Notes: generated from the sequence alone by a model not told the origin. A stretch of 64,000 nucleotides of DNA from Candidatus Dojkabacteria bacterium (GCA_025999215.1 AP024679.1:433082-497081), one strand, 5' to 3'; shown: positions 1 through 9,912, counted from the first letter of the stretch. Numbers and translations: made by a program.

Positions 1-1035
1 GGCGTGACAGTTGTTTTGCCTTGGCTTAAGAATTTTATGCGTGATATTGGTGAATCACCATTATTTGCAGCTAAAACGCCATTTAAGCAACCTGGTTTTG
101 TGTATGAAGGCGGTGGTGATTGTAACGAAGATGGTGAATGTTTGGGGTTAAGAAGAAGTTGGTTAATTGTTGATAAAGAATATCAAAGAAGAATCAAGCA
201 AGTGAAGGTACAAGTATGTACTGATCAACCTGATAAACTTGCAAGACCAGTAGATATAGCGCTGGGTTTTGCAGAAGAAAAAGTTTTTACATATTATGTT
301 AGCCCAGTGCCTGAGTGGCAAAATTTTGTTGACTCGTATATGCGCCAGAAGCATTCTGAAAATCCAGCAGAAAATCCTTTGAATGGTGGACCTGAAGAAT
401 ACTGTGATGTAGATAGGTCTGGTGGTTCTGACGATCCAATTTTGAATATTACTGCACCGATTAATGGTGATACCGTTACAAATAGCATAACTATATCTGG
501 CGGTGTTTACTCTGATAATTCAGATATTGTGAGTGTAAAGGTATATTTTGCGAATCAATTACTTGGAACCATCGCTTCAGGTTTTGAAAATTTAAATCAA
601 ACTTATGATATTTCTTCACTAAATTTAGAAAATGGAACATATACTTTTGTTATTGATGCTATAGATGCTAACGGCAATTCTAGTCAATATTCGATTGATT
701 TAGTAAAAGGTTCAGTTACAACATCTAATCTGACTTTTGTTACAGAACCTCCTTCTAGTTTAACTTATGGTGTAACAGTAAATCCAGTAACTCATACAAT
801 TACGGTAAACTATGCTGGAACTAAAACAATTAGTAGTGTGGAACTATATCAAATCAAAAATGGTACTGATATTACTTTGCTAGGAACAATGACAAACGCT
901 GGCTCAGGCAATTACACATATAGTTGGGGTGCTAGTGTACCTAACCAAACTGCAACTTATGAATTTTACGCTATTGTATACGTCAATGGCGGATTCTTGA
1001 AATCTCCTAATAGTAATCAAGTTTCTGTTAACTAA
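1..1035 (+). CDS. Partial CDS (5' end outside window): C-terminal end of a class-A-PBP-like cell-wall enzyme followed by Ig-like beta-sandwich repeats
   Basis: The frame is open from base 1 to the TAA at 1033-1035. LPWLKNFM resembles the end of PBP transpeptidase modules. The distal half is T/S/N/G-rich with repeated strand-like segments (ITISGGVYSDNSDIVSVKVYF, TYTFVIDAIDANGNSS). Family call is from memory only. Confidence 0.4.
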   Translation, partial: GVTVVLPWLKNFMRDIGESPLFAAKTPFKQPGFVYEGGGDCNEDGECLGLRRSWLIVDKEYQRRIKQVKVQVCTDQPDKLARPVDIALGFAEEKVFTYYVSPVPEWQNFVDSYMRQKHSENPAENPLNGGPEEYCDVDRSGGSDDPILNITAPINGDTVTNSITISGGVYSDNSDIVSVKVYFANQLLGTIASGFENLNQTYDISSLNLENGTYTFVIDAIDANGNSSQYSIDLVKGSVTTSNLTFVTEPPSSLTYGVTVNPVTHTITVNYAGTKTISSVELYQIKNGTDITLLGTMTNAGSGNYTYSWGASVPNQTATYEFYAIVYVNGGFLKSPNSNQVSVN

Positions 1036-1229
1036 AGAAATTCACAATAAAGTTAAAAGTTTTAACTTTTAGAAATGTAAATATTTTATCGAATCGCTTT
1101 TTGAAACGTTTATACTTTGGTGATCATTTAACTATTCTACTCTACTGTTTTTATAAAAAACTTCTCTAAATTTTAAAAAAAGGTTTAGAGTTTTTATAAA
1201 AAATAAAAAAACTTTTGGGTAATGGAAAA

Positions 1230-1574
1230 TTATTTGGTAACTTCTTTCACAATCTGATCAAAAGTCTCAGGTCTGGAAACTGCCAATTCAGAAAGAACTT
1301 TTCTATCAAGCGCAATATTTTTAGCTTTAAGATTTGCTACAAAATCTTTGTATGCAACACCACGCTGCGAAAGTGCACTTGAAATTGTTTTAATCCATTC
1401 TGATCGAAGTTGTGATTTCCTTCTTCTTCTGTGCGCAAAACTATACTGTCCAGCATGAAGCGTAGCCTCTATTGCTCTTCTGTAAAGTTTACTGTAGGTT
1501 AGTCTATAACCTTTCACTCTTTTTAAAACCTTTTTATGGCTTTTTCTTTTGGAGTGACCTCTTTTAATTCTCAT
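1230..1574 (-). CDS. rplT: 50S ribosomal protein L20
   Basis: 114 aa. MRIKRGHSKRKSHKKVLKRVKGYR is the conserved L20 N-terminus. It is the last gene of the thrS-infC-rpmI-rplT order. Confidence 0.95.
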   Translation of the reverse strand: MRIKRGHSKRKSHKKVLKRVKGYRLTYSKLYRRAIEATLHAGQYSFAHRRRRKSQLRSEWIKTISSALSQRGVAYKDFVANLKAKNIALDRKVLSELAVSRPETFDQIVKEVTK

Positions 1575-1599
1575 AATCTCTAATTAATAGCTATTCCTT

Positions 1600-1833
1600 T
1601 TAATTTTTCTTTTTAATTCCTAATAATTCTTTCACTCTTTTTTGTTCTGGTTTTGATAATTCTAATTTATCCTTATCAACTCTTCTTTTTGAACTTCTTT
1701 TATTCTTTTTGTGGGCATTATTTTTTAATCTTTGAACTACCCTTGTTACTACTCCAGAACCAGTAACTTTAAATCTTTTGGCTGTAGATTTATGCACTTT
1801 CTTTTTAATTTTAGTTTTTTTAGCTTTACTCAT
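1600..1833 (-). CDS. rpmI: 50S ribosomal protein L35
   Basis: 77 aa, lysine-rich, with KSTAKRFKVTGSG. Overlaps the infC stop by 4 nt. Confidence 0.9.
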   Translation of the reverse strand: MSKAKKTKIKKKVHKSTAKRFKVTGSGVVTRVVQRLKNNAHKKNKRSSKRRVDKDKLELSKPEQKRVKELLGIKKKN

Positions 1834-2390
1834 GATTTTTTCTTAACATTAATTACTAAATTATATCCTTCTTTTCGCACTTCCGATATTTCTTCAACCT
1901 TATCTTTCATCATTTCTCTAAGTCTTTCCATTGTAGCATACATTTGCTCTCTTGGCACTCTTCTAGTAGATTTAATTGTTAATTTAGCTGTATTACCTTT
2001 TGATACAAATTCAATAACCCTTTTTAGTTTGTTTTCCATGTCGTTATCTGCAATGTTAGGTTTGAACCACCACTCTTTATTTTTGACTTGGTGACCTTTA
2101 GCATTTTTAGCTTTTTTGGTTTGCTCGTACTTAAATTTTGACCAGTCTATGATTTTAGCTACAGGCGGATCAATATCTGGCGATACAAGAACCAAGTCTA
2201 AACCAACCTCTCTTGCTTTTGCTAAAGCTTCTGCTTTTGAAAGTACACCTAGATTTTCACCATTTTGATCTATTACTCTCATTTTCTCGGCACGAATATG
2301 ATTATTTCTATCGTACCATTTTATTTGAATAGATTTTTTCTTTGGCGATTTTCTAACTCTCCTGATCTTTTTACACTTAAAAATTAACAA
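1830..2390 (-). CDS. infC: Translation initiation factor IF-3
   Basis: IRAEKMRVIDQNGENLGVL and GLDLVLVSPDIDPPVAKIIDWSKFKYE match IF-3. The ORF-track start is TTG; the true start is often non-AUG in infC and is uncertain here. Confidence 0.9.
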   Translation of the reverse strand: MLIFKCKKIRRVRKSPKKKSIQIKWYDRNNHIRAEKMRVIDQNGENLGVLSKAEALAKAREVGLDLVLVSPDIDPPVAKIIDWSKFKYEQTKKAKNAKGHQVKNKEWWFKPNIADNDMENKLKRVIEFVSKGNTAKLTIKSTRRVPREQMYATMERLREMMKDKVEEISEVRKEGYNLVINVKKKS

Positions 2391-2429
2391 TGATATACTA
2401 ACATATTTTTAAAATATTGACAATGGATT

Positions 2430-3980
2430 TTACCCTATTTTTAGGTTTTCACTCAAAAAAGATGTTAAGTTTTCATAATCCATTAATCCAACCTCCCTAC
2501 CTTCAAACCTCACAGAAACTGAATTGTTTGTAACCTCTTTGTTACCAATCACAAGTATGACAGGAATTTTTCTTTCTTCAGCATTTCTGATTTTATTTTG
2601 TATACTTTTAGATCTTAAATCTACTTCCACATTATATCCTTGTTTTGCAATTTTTTTACTAAAATTGCTGGCGAATTCATTTTGTTTAGATTTTATTGGT
2701 ATACAAATAATATGAGTTTCTTTAATTGTAGTTGGTAAATTTCCATTGTTTTCTTCGAGTAAGTAAGCAATGATTCTTAGAGGTACCACTTCAATCTCAG
2801 TTACAAAAAGATTTTTATTTTCATTTTTCTCATCTACATAAGTAGGTGTATTTTGTGTGAAAGTTCTTAAGGATGCCAGTTGCCACTTTCTATCAAAAGA
2901 ATCTAGCACAAAAAATACAGTTTCCACGACACCATTAGTTTTGGTAAGCACTTGGTTGTGAGACACAACATTACTTTTCAAAACACTAGAAATGACTTTA
3001 ACTTTACCATCATCTAAATTATCACTTAAAATGTCGGCAGACACATCAATTAGAAGTTTTTTCCTGAATATATCAACAATTTCTTCTATTTGAATTCCCA
3101 ATTCACTCATTCCTTCCGTATCGGTGAACATCGAAATAATTGTTTGTACTAAAGTTTCAATTTTTTCTTTTTTAATTTCAAAAAAATTGGTTGAGTCGTA
3201 ATTAAAAATTAAAGGAAATTCTTTGTAACCATGATTTTTAGATTTGTAATTTTCGAATAGAATTTTTCTAAATTCGTAATTATTTTTTCCTTGAGGAAAG
3301 AGTGTTTGGTTTAAAATGTTATCTTTCAAGCTTCTCAAAAATAATTTTTTGAGACTCTTTATTGAATTTGCACCAAGAGGTGAAAAGTATATTGAGTTTT
3401 CGTATTCAAAAAATAAATTAGATGATAAGCCTATTGTTTTGTAGTTTTTGTTTTTGACAATTTCTAGCTTTTTTTTATAATCTTGTGCCTCATTAAGATT
3501 TCGAAATACCATTCCATAGACTCTTTGCAATTCTGGTCTGTTAGGATCATCTCTCCAAAAAGATTGCTCTACTTTGTTTACTACAATTATCCCAATTTCT
3601 TCAGTTGATGATACATGCGGTCCTCTGCACAAATCTGTAAATTCTTCTCCTAGTTTGTAAAAGCTTACTTCAGGCTCATCAATTTGTTTAACTAATTCTG
3701 CTTTGTAAATCTGGCCGTTTTGAAGTAAAAAATTCAAAGCGCTATCTTTATCGAGTGTTATTTGTGTAAATTTATGATTTTCTTTAATTATTTCGTTAGC
3801 AACTGCTTCAATATTTTTTAAATCTTCTTCTGTAATTTTTTTATCAATATCGATATCGTAATAAAATCCTTCACTGGTTACTGGTCCTATTCCAAATTTT
3901 ACTTCAGGAAAAACTCTTTTTATTGCTGCCGCCATAACGTGAGCCGCAGAGTGTTTGACTGTATCAGAAATTTTGGTCAT
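2430..3980 (-). CDS. thrS: Threonyl-tRNA synthetase homolog without a TGS domain; editing and anticodon-binding signatures present, class II catalytic motifs not recognisable
   Basis: HSAAHVMAAAIKRVFP, GIGPVTSEGFYYDID and DLCRGPHV match the ThrRS editing domain. The C-terminal IPVILVIGNKEVTNNSVSVR matches the anticodon-binding fold. It sits upstream of infC-rpmI-rplT. The core region could not be aligned to motif 2/3 or the Zn ligands (see findings). Confidence 0.75.
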   Translation of the reverse strand: MTKISDTVKHSAAHVMAAAIKRVFPEVKFGIGPVTSEGFYYDIDIDKKITEEDLKNIEAVANEIIKENHKFTQITLDKDSALNFLLQNGQIYKAELVKQIDEPEVSFYKLGEEFTDLCRGPHVSSTEEIGIIVVNKVEQSFWRDDPNRPELQRVYGMVFRNLNEAQDYKKKLEIVKNKNYKTIGLSSNLFFEYENSIYFSPLGANSIKSLKKLFLRSLKDNILNQTLFPQGKNNYEFRKILFENYKSKNHGYKEFPLIFNYDSTNFFEIKKEKIETLVQTIISMFTDTEGMSELGIQIEEIVDIFRKKLLIDVSADILSDNLDDGKVKVISSVLKSNVVSHNQVLTKTNGVVETVFFVLDSFDRKWQLASLRTFTQNTPTYVDEKNENKNLFVTEIEVVPLRIIAYLLEENNGNLPTTIKETHIICIPIKSKQNEFASNFSKKIAKQGYNVEVDLRSKSIQNKIRNAEERKIPVILVIGNKEVTNNSVSVRFEGREVGLMDYENLTSFLSENLKIG

Positions 3981-4022
3981 AACATTTTCTCTATCTTAGA
4001 GAAATATAAAATTTAATACACA

Positions 4023-4096
4023 TGAGCACTACAGGATTCGAACCTGTGACCTTTCCCACGTCAAGGGAACGCTCTAACCAGCTGAGCTAAGTGCTC
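4023..4096 (-). tRNA. tRNA-Val (anticodon GAC), no encoded CCA
   Basis: The reverse complement reads GAGCACT TA GCTCAGCTGGTTAGAGC G TTCCC TTGACGT GGGAA AGGTC ACAGGTTCGAATCCTGT AGTGCTC A. This gives a full cloverleaf with anticodon loop TTGACGT. Confidence 0.9.
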
Positions 4097-4689
4097 TTTT
4101 GCACCTTCTTTTTTTCTATTACGCTGTCGATAATTCCATATTCTACTGCCTGTAGAGCTGTCATGTGATAGTCTCTGTCAATATCTTTTAATACTTTTTC
4201 TTTCTTCTGCCCAGTTGATTCCACTAACATATCTACCAATTTATCTTTGAGCCTTAAAATTTCTTTAGCTGTAATTTCAATGTCTGATGCTTGACCTTCA
4301 ACTCCTCCTAGTGGTTGATGAATTAAAATCAAACTGTTTGGCAAAGCAAACCTTTTGCCTTTTGTGCCTTGAGACAAAATCATAGCTCCCATTGAAGCAG
4401 CTTTACCTACCGCAATGGTAACAATATCAGGTTTTATATAATTCATTGTGTCAATTATTGAAAGACCGTCATATACAGAACCTCCAGGACTATTGATGTA
4501 CATGGTTATATCTTTTTTAGGATCTTCTTTTTCTAAAAAGAGAAGTTGAGCAATCACTGCATTTGCAACCCCCTCATCAATCGCCGTGCCCAAAAAAATT
4601 ATTCTATCTTTGAGTAGTCTAGAATAAAGATCATAAGCTCTTTCTCCATCTCTGGTTCTTTCAATTACGTTTGGTATTAAATATGCCAT
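4087..4689 (-). CDS. clpP: ATP-dependent Clp protease proteolytic subunit
   Basis: [34 protein letters not shown] and [11 protein letters not shown] (catalytic Ser context) are typical ClpP. The last codons and the TAG stop lie inside the tRNA-Val gene. Confidence 0.95.
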   Translation of the reverse strand: MAYLIPNVIERTRDGERAYDLYSRLLKDRIIFLGTAIDEGVANAVIAQLLFLEKEDPKKDITMYINSPGGSVYDGLSIIDTMNYIKPDIVTIAVGKAASMGAMILSQGTKGKRFALPNSLILIHQPLGGVEGQASDIEITAKEILRLKDKLVDMLVESTGQKKEKVLKDIDRDYHMTALQAVEYGIIDSVIEKKKVQKST

Positions 4690-4764
4690 TTATTTTTTTT
4701 AATAACTACTTAATCATTATAGTAGTAATTATTTTAATTTTCAACAGAACCGATTAGCTTATCA

Positions 4765-4806
4765 GGTAAAAAACAAAAATCCCCGTTGGGATTTTTGTTT
4801 TTTACC
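4765..4806 (-). terminator. Long perfect hairpin between the DUF192 gene and the clpP promoter region
   Basis: ggtaaaaaacaaaaatccc (4765-4783) and gggatttttgttttttacc (4788-4806) form a 19-bp stem with a 4-nt loop. The flanks are A/T-rich on both strands. Confidence 0.5.
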
Positions 4807-4926
4807 TCGTTTGTTGGAATATTATACACATTTTCAAATTTGTTTGTCAAAGGGGTTTATACAAAGTGTTTTAATTTCTTTATGTTAAAGCTTAAAAGCA
4901 CTTGAAATTTTGTATACAATTTTTAA

Positions 4927-5463
4927 TCACCATATAAATCTATCACCTATTTTAATTCCATTCTTTTCTGTCCAAAAAGCATTTACTTCAAGTGTGTATT
5001 TTGCCGGTTTTTCTGATGAGTAAATTTCTGTAGTTTGGTTTGGCATGGTGTTAGTGTGAATTTTAACAACTTTTTTATCTGCATCTAAAAATATAATATC
5101 TAGTGGAATATAAGTATTTTTCATCCAAAAGTTTAGAGTTTGTTCTTTTTCAAACACAAAAAGCATGCCAGCATCTTCAGGTAGATAATCTCTAAACATC
5201 AAACCTCGCTGCCTTTCTGTGTTATCATCAGCTATTTCTACAAAAATTTTTTTACCGTTCGGTGCGATTATTTCAATATTTTCTGAAGGTATTGCGTTTA
5301 ATTGAATGTCTTGATTTGCTTCGTTGTTATTTAAAAAGTTTTCACCTACACCTAACGCGATTAAAACAGCAAAAAAAACAGAAATTACTGTAGCAATAGC
5401 GCTAATTAAAAGTATAATCGGAGATTTGAGGTTTTGTAAAATTTTGTTTTTAATATTATTCAT
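4927..5463 (-). CDS. DUF192-family protein with N-terminal membrane anchor
   Basis: RQRGLMFRDYLPEDAGMLFVF...FWMKNTYIPLDIIFLD is the DUF192 signature. The start overlaps the mutL stop by 1 nt (TAATG). Confidence 0.8.
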   Translation of the reverse strand: MNNIKNKILQNLKSPIILLISAIATVISVFFAVLIALGVGENFLNNNEANQDIQLNAIPSENIEIIAPNGKKIFVEIADDNTERQRGLMFRDYLPEDAGMLFVFEKEQTLNFWMKNTYIPLDIIFLDADKKVVKIHTNTMPNQTTEIYSSEKPAKYTLEVNAFWTEKNGIKIGDRFIW

Positions 5464-7301
5464 TAAATTATTCGTTTAAAAAATTTATCTATATCTTCTT
5501 TCGTTAGTTTGTAGTAAGTTGGTCGTCCATGTGGGCAATTTTTGGGGTATTTAAGGCTAAACAAATCGTTAATGAGCTTATTCATTTCGTCTATAGATAA
5601 TTTTTGTCCAGCTCTAATTGATCCGTGGCATGCTGTTTTTGCCCAAACTACATACTGTTCTTGTGTTAATTTTACACTAGTTTCAAACTCGTAACTACTA
5701 AATTTTGAATCAAGATCATCTGATTCTTCGTTTATTATCTCATCAAAGAATTCGTTTAAATTTATATTTTCTAAGTCTTCAGGGATTTCCATAATTTGTA
5801 AGGATTTTTGTCCAAATCTTTCAAATTTAAATCCTATCTGAATTAAATCATTTTCAATCTTTTTAATATTATCTTTACCGCTAGTAGTTAACTCGACAAT
5901 TGCGGGAATTAATAGAGGTTTTGATTTAGGTTTTTGAATTTTTCGTAGCAATTTTTCAAAAATGATTTTTTCGTGAGCTGCATGCTGATCAACTATAATT
6001 AAGTTTGAATTTTGTTCAAACAGTATGTATGTTCCAAAAATTTGCATAGGGTTTTTGTTCCATGAAAAGGAAATCTCAACTTCATTTTTGCTACTATTAA
6101 TTCCTTCATCTGATAATAATTGCTGAGTAAATTCAAGTGCTTTTTTGACTTCATAATTTTTGTTTCTTTGGCTTCCGATATTAAATTTAATTTTATTACT
6201 CTGCTCTGTTTTTTGTAAGGGTAAGTAATGCCTTGGTGGATTAGTAGTTTTTAAATCTGGTTCATTTGAAAAGTTATTTTCTTCTCCTAAAAAATCTTTG
6301 AGTAATTCTTGCTTGGACTCTTTCTCAAGTGTTTTTTTGACGCTCAGAAAAACAGACTTGAAAATGGAACCTGGATCATCAAAACGAACTTCAAGCTTTC
6401 GTGGGTGCACATTAACATCAACTTGATTTGAATCAAGTGTTAAAAACAAAATATATTGTGGCTTTAAATCTTTATGCAAGAAACCTGAGTATGCTTTTTG
6501 GATTGCTGATGAAATAGTTTTGTTAGTTACAAATCTTTTGTTGATAAAAATATATTGAACTGGATTTGTTTTTTTTCCAAGTTTTGAATTACCCAAAAAA
6601 CCATTTAATTTGATTGAATTACTGTGAGCAGTTAAGTTATATGAGTTTTCTAAAAATTCTCTACCTAAAATATCTTTTATTCTGTTCTCAATTGAAGTTT
6701 TTTCTAGATTATAAAGTTGTTTATTATTGTGGTAAAGCTCAAAATGTATTTCAGGATTTGCAAGAGATGCATGAATGAAAACTTGGATAATGTGTCTAAG
6801 TTCAGTTTGATTAGATTTTAGAAATTTTTTTCTTGCAGGAACTGTAGCAAATAAATTAAAAACTTGAATTCTTGTGCCGTTATTGTAACCTTCTGGAGAA
6901 GCTTCTGAGATGGTTGTTGGGGTTACCACCACCGCTTTTGGGTTACTATCGGGTGTTTTAGATTGTAAAATAATCTTTTCAGCAACTGAACGAATGCTAG
7001 CCATTGCTTCACCTCTAAAACCAAATGAATTAATTTTAAGTAGGTCAGAAGATTTTTTAATTTTAGAAGTTGCGTGTTGTTCAAACACTAAATCAATATC
7101 ATCACTCTCTATTCCTATTCCATCATCAATAATTTCAATCAAATCTAGCCCATAGTTTTCAATATAAACTTTAATATGAGTTGCATTGGCATCAATGCTA
7201 TTTTCTAAAATTTCCTTAACTACGGACGCTGGTCTTTCAACAACTTCACCGGCAGCAATAAGGTTTATTACATGTGGAGGTAGTTTGTTAATTTTTCCCA
7301 T
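5463..7301 (-). CDS. mutL: DNA mismatch repair protein MutL (endonuclease-type)
   Basis: N-terminal GHKL ATPase (LIAAGEVVERPASVVKEILENSIDA). The C-terminal domain carries DQHAAHEKIIFE (DQHAxxExxxxE) and CPHGRP motifs. Confidence 0.95.
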   Translation of the reverse strand: MGKINKLPPHVINLIAAGEVVERPASVVKEILENSIDANATHIKVYIENYGLDLIEIIDDGIGIESDDIDLVFEQHATSKIKKSSDLLKINSFGFRGEAMASIRSVAEKIILQSKTPDSNPKAVVVTPTTISEASPEGYNNGTRIQVFNLFATVPARKKFLKSNQTELRHIIQVFIHASLANPEIHFELYHNNKQLYNLEKTSIENRIKDILGREFLENSYNLTAHSNSIKLNGFLGNSKLGKKTNPVQYIFINKRFVTNKTISSAIQKAYSGFLHKDLKPQYILFLTLDSNQVDVNVHPRKLEVRFDDPGSIFKSVFLSVKKTLEKESKQELLKDFLGEENNFSNEPDLKTTNPPRHYLPLQKTEQSNKIKFNIGSQRNKNYEVKKALEFTQQLLSDEGINSSKNEVEISFSWNKNPMQIFGTYILFEQNSNLIIVDQHAAHEKIIFEKLLRKIQKPKSKPLLIPAIVELTTSGKDNIKKIENDLIQIGFKFERFGQKSLQIMEIPEDLENINLNEFFDEIINEESDDLDSKFSSYEFETSVKLTQEQYVVWAKTACHGSIRAGQKLSIDEMNKLINDLFSLKYPKNCPHGRPTYYKLTKEDIDKFFKRII

Positions 7302-7328
7302 AAAAATTTAAAACTTTTACAAATCTCT

Positions 7329-8417
7329 TTATTTAAATTCGCCAAGTAAAAATATTTCTAATTTAAGATTTAATCCTAACTTTTCTAATGCTCTTTTTTT
7401 TATCTCTTCTATCACTGCTAAGTATTCTTGCGCTGTAGCTTTACCTTTGTTTTCAATAAAATTATGGTGTTTTTCTGATATCCAAGCATCACCAATGTGG
7501 AACCCTTTCATATTTAAAACATGTTCTACCACATACCCAACACTTACCGTAGGCCAACCTCTTTTCTCTTTTTCTTTTACGCTTATATTTTGAAAAACAC
7601 AACCTATTGAATTACTTGGTTGATGCAACGCTTTTCTCTTGGTCCACTCTTGAGCTACGTAAATGGCTCTTTTTTTATCACCTTTTCTTAAATTAAAAGT
7701 AGCATCTAAAATTATTTCTTTTGTATCATGAAAAATTGAATAATCATATTTTGCCTTAAGTTCATTTTGTTTATATATCTTAATTTGATTTTTTGAATCC
7801 AGCACCTTTACTTCATCAATTATCTCATGAATAAAATGAGTACCACCATGAATGTTATTAAAAATTGCACCACCGATAGTTCCAGGAATTCTTCCATACC
7901 ATTGTAAACCAGTTAATCCTTGATATACTAAATGATTGATCGCAAATGGTAAATCTACACCACTTTCCATAACTACTTTTACTATAGGTCTGTCATTTTC
8001 ATCGTAATCTAAATCTTGAAATTCATACATTTTCCTTGCGCCCTCTTTTTCTGTTGCGCTATTCCATCTAATTTCAGATTTATATGATTTTTCCCATTGG
8101 TTTATTAAATTTTCATTGTTTTCACTTTTTTCAACTATTTCTTTTTGACCTATAGTAATTTTTTTAGCTTGATTTCGTATAACTAACCCTCTGATTCCTA
8201 AATCACCCACCAAAACATTTGAACCCCAACCAAGCATTGTGATTGGTACGTTTTCTTTTCGAGCGTGAATTATTGCATCTATTAATTCTTCATTAGTTCG
8301 TGGTTCGTAAAAAATATCCGCAGGTCCACCAATTCTTAAAGTTGTATGTTTACTCAATGGTTCATTAAGCTTTATAAATTTTGGGTTTAATTTTGAAATT
8401 AGTTTCTGATATTTCAT
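7329..8417 (-). CDS. murB: UDP-N-acetylenolpyruvoylglucosamine reductase
   Basis: LSKHTTLRIGGPADIFYEP, GWGSNVLV and the GCVFQN-type C-terminal region match MurB. There is an acidic insertion of about 60 aa in the middle. Confidence 0.9.
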   Translation of the reverse strand: MKYQKLISKLNPKFIKLNEPLSKHTTLRIGGPADIFYEPRTNEELIDAIIHARKENVPITMLGWGSNVLVGDLGIRGLVIRNQAKKITIGQKEIVEKSENNENLINQWEKSYKSEIRWNSATEKEGARKMYEFQDLDYDENDRPIVKVVMESGVDLPFAINHLVYQGLTGLQWYGRIPGTIGGAIFNNIHGGTHFIHEIIDEVKVLDSKNQIKIYKQNELKAKYDYSIFHDTKEIILDATFNLRKGDKKRAIYVAQEWTKRKALHQPSNSIGCVFQNISVKEKEKRGWPTVSVGYVVEHVLNMKGFHIGDAWISEKHHNFIENKGKATAQEYLAVIEEIKKRALEKLGLNLKLEIFLLGEFK

Positions 8418-8420
8418 AAT

Positions 8421-9707
8421 CTATTTAACTTTTTCTATTTGTGCTCCAAGTGTTAAATAAGTTTCAACTAATTCAGGATAACGTCTGCTCAATTGATCTG
8501 TTTCGTCAATTAAGGTTGAAACGCCACTTGCACCAAGTGCCGCTACAAATAAAGCTTTGGCTGAAGCGATAATATTCGGAGCTTTGATTACTGTACCTTC
8601 TAATTTGCTTGGCCCAAAAGTTATCACTCTGTGAGGATCTGCCATTACAACATTTGCTTTAAGTTTTGCTAGCTCTTCTATGAAGTAAAAGCCGTACTCG
8701 TAAAATGAATTATGAAATATTAAACTTCCCTCTGCAAAACATGCAGCGACTACTAGTGATTGTATAGCATCAGGAGGAAATTGTGGCCAATGTAGCGCCA
8801 TAATTTGAAATAAATCTCCTCTAACAGTTTTGTGAGCTTTTAATTTTTGATTTTTAGGAATTATAAGTTTATCTCCTTCGTAGTAAGAGTTAAGATTTAT
8901 TTTTTCAAAGGCAGATCTAATATTTGTCATGTGTTCTGGAATTGCGTTATTTATAGTGAGCTCGCTTCCAGTGACAGCAGCTATTGCCATATATTCTGCG
9001 ATATCTAAATGATCACTTATCACATTCCACTCTGTTCCCTTAAGTTTATCTACACCATTTATCACTAATTTGTTAGAGCCAATGCCTTTAATTTTAGCTC
9101 CCATGCTAACCAACATGTTACATAAATCTTGAGTGTGAGGTTCACAAGCAGCATTGTAAATTTCTGTAACTCCAGGCGTTAGTACAGCCAAATTAATTAA
9201 ATTTTCTGTTCCTGTAACACTTGGAAACCAAGACCAAACTTTTGCGCCTTTTAATTTTTTTGCCTCTAAAAAATAACCTTTTTCTCTTCTGTAAACAGCA
9301 CCAAGTTGCACCATATTATCAATAAAAGCATCCAGTGGCCTTGAACCTAATTTACACCCCCCCGGTATAGGCATTTCAGCTTTTCCAAATCGATGAAGAA
9401 GTGGCGCCATAAACATTACAGAAGCCTTTGCTTTTTGGGATAAATCCTCATCGATTTTATAAGTATTAATACCTTTAGCTACTATTTTCACAGATGTTCC
9501 ATTGTTAAAATACGTAACCTTACCGCCGAGAGTTTTTACAATTTTAAGCATTATTCTTACATCAGAACTTTTAGGAACATTGTGTATGATTACTGGTTCA
9601 TCAGTCAATAAACTAGCTGGAATTAATTTTAAAATTGAATTTTTATTTGGAACTGGAGTAACCTCACCATTTAGTTCTATGCCTCCTTGAATTTTATATA
9701 CAGCCAT
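8421..9707 (-). CDS. murA: UDP-N-acetylglucosamine 1-carboxyvinyltransferase
   Basis: YKIQGGIELNGEV, the PGGCKLGSRPLD active-site Cys loop, and full length of 428 aa. Confidence 0.95.
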   Translation of the reverse strand: MAVYKIQGGIELNGEVTPVPNKNSILKLIPASLLTDEPVIIHNVPKSSDVRIMLKIVKTLGGKVTYFNNGTSVKIVAKGINTYKIDEDLSQKAKASVMFMAPLLHRFGKAEMPIPGGCKLGSRPLDAFIDNMVQLGAVYRREKGYFLEAKKLKGAKVWSWFPSVTGTENLINLAVLTPGVTEIYNAACEPHTQDLCNMLVSMGAKIKGIGSNKLVINGVDKLKGTEWNVISDHLDIAEYMAIAAVTGSELTINNAIPEHMTNIRSAFEKINLNSYYEGDKLIIPKNQKLKAHKTVRGDLFQIMALHWPQFPPDAIQSLVVAACFAEGSLIFHNSFYEYGFYFIEELAKLKANVVMADPHRVITFGPSKLEGTVIKAPNIIASAKALFVAALGASGVSTLIDETDQLSRRYPELVETYLTLGAQIEKVK

Positions 9708-9912
9708 TGATTAAATTTAAAATATTTTAATAATTATACCTTAAAATTAAAAATTACTCTAAAATTTCGAAAGGGGTAGTTAGATAATAACGTTAAAGTA
9801 TTTAGTATTCTAAAATTAAGAAAACCATTTTGCAGTTTTGGCTTTCTATGAGGATAACCAGGCCAGCAGCAAGGTCTATTTGCGCTTGTTGATTTTTTTT
9901 CTAAAATCAATA
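9672..9912. repeat. Direct repeat copy 1 (murA 5' end + promoter region + 3' remnant of a ydeI-like gene)
   Basis: The 146-bp core 9681-9826 matches 12179-12324 with about five substitutions counted by eye. More diverged homology continues to about 9912. The offset to copy 2 is 2498 bp in the same orientation. Confidence 0.85.

Noticed and set aside
3981-4022. A possible T-box or operator leader for the thrS-like gene.
   Set aside because: Only 42 nt separate the tRNA-Val 3' end from the start codon. That is too short for a T-box. The small palindrome tttctcta/tagagaaa is not distinctive.
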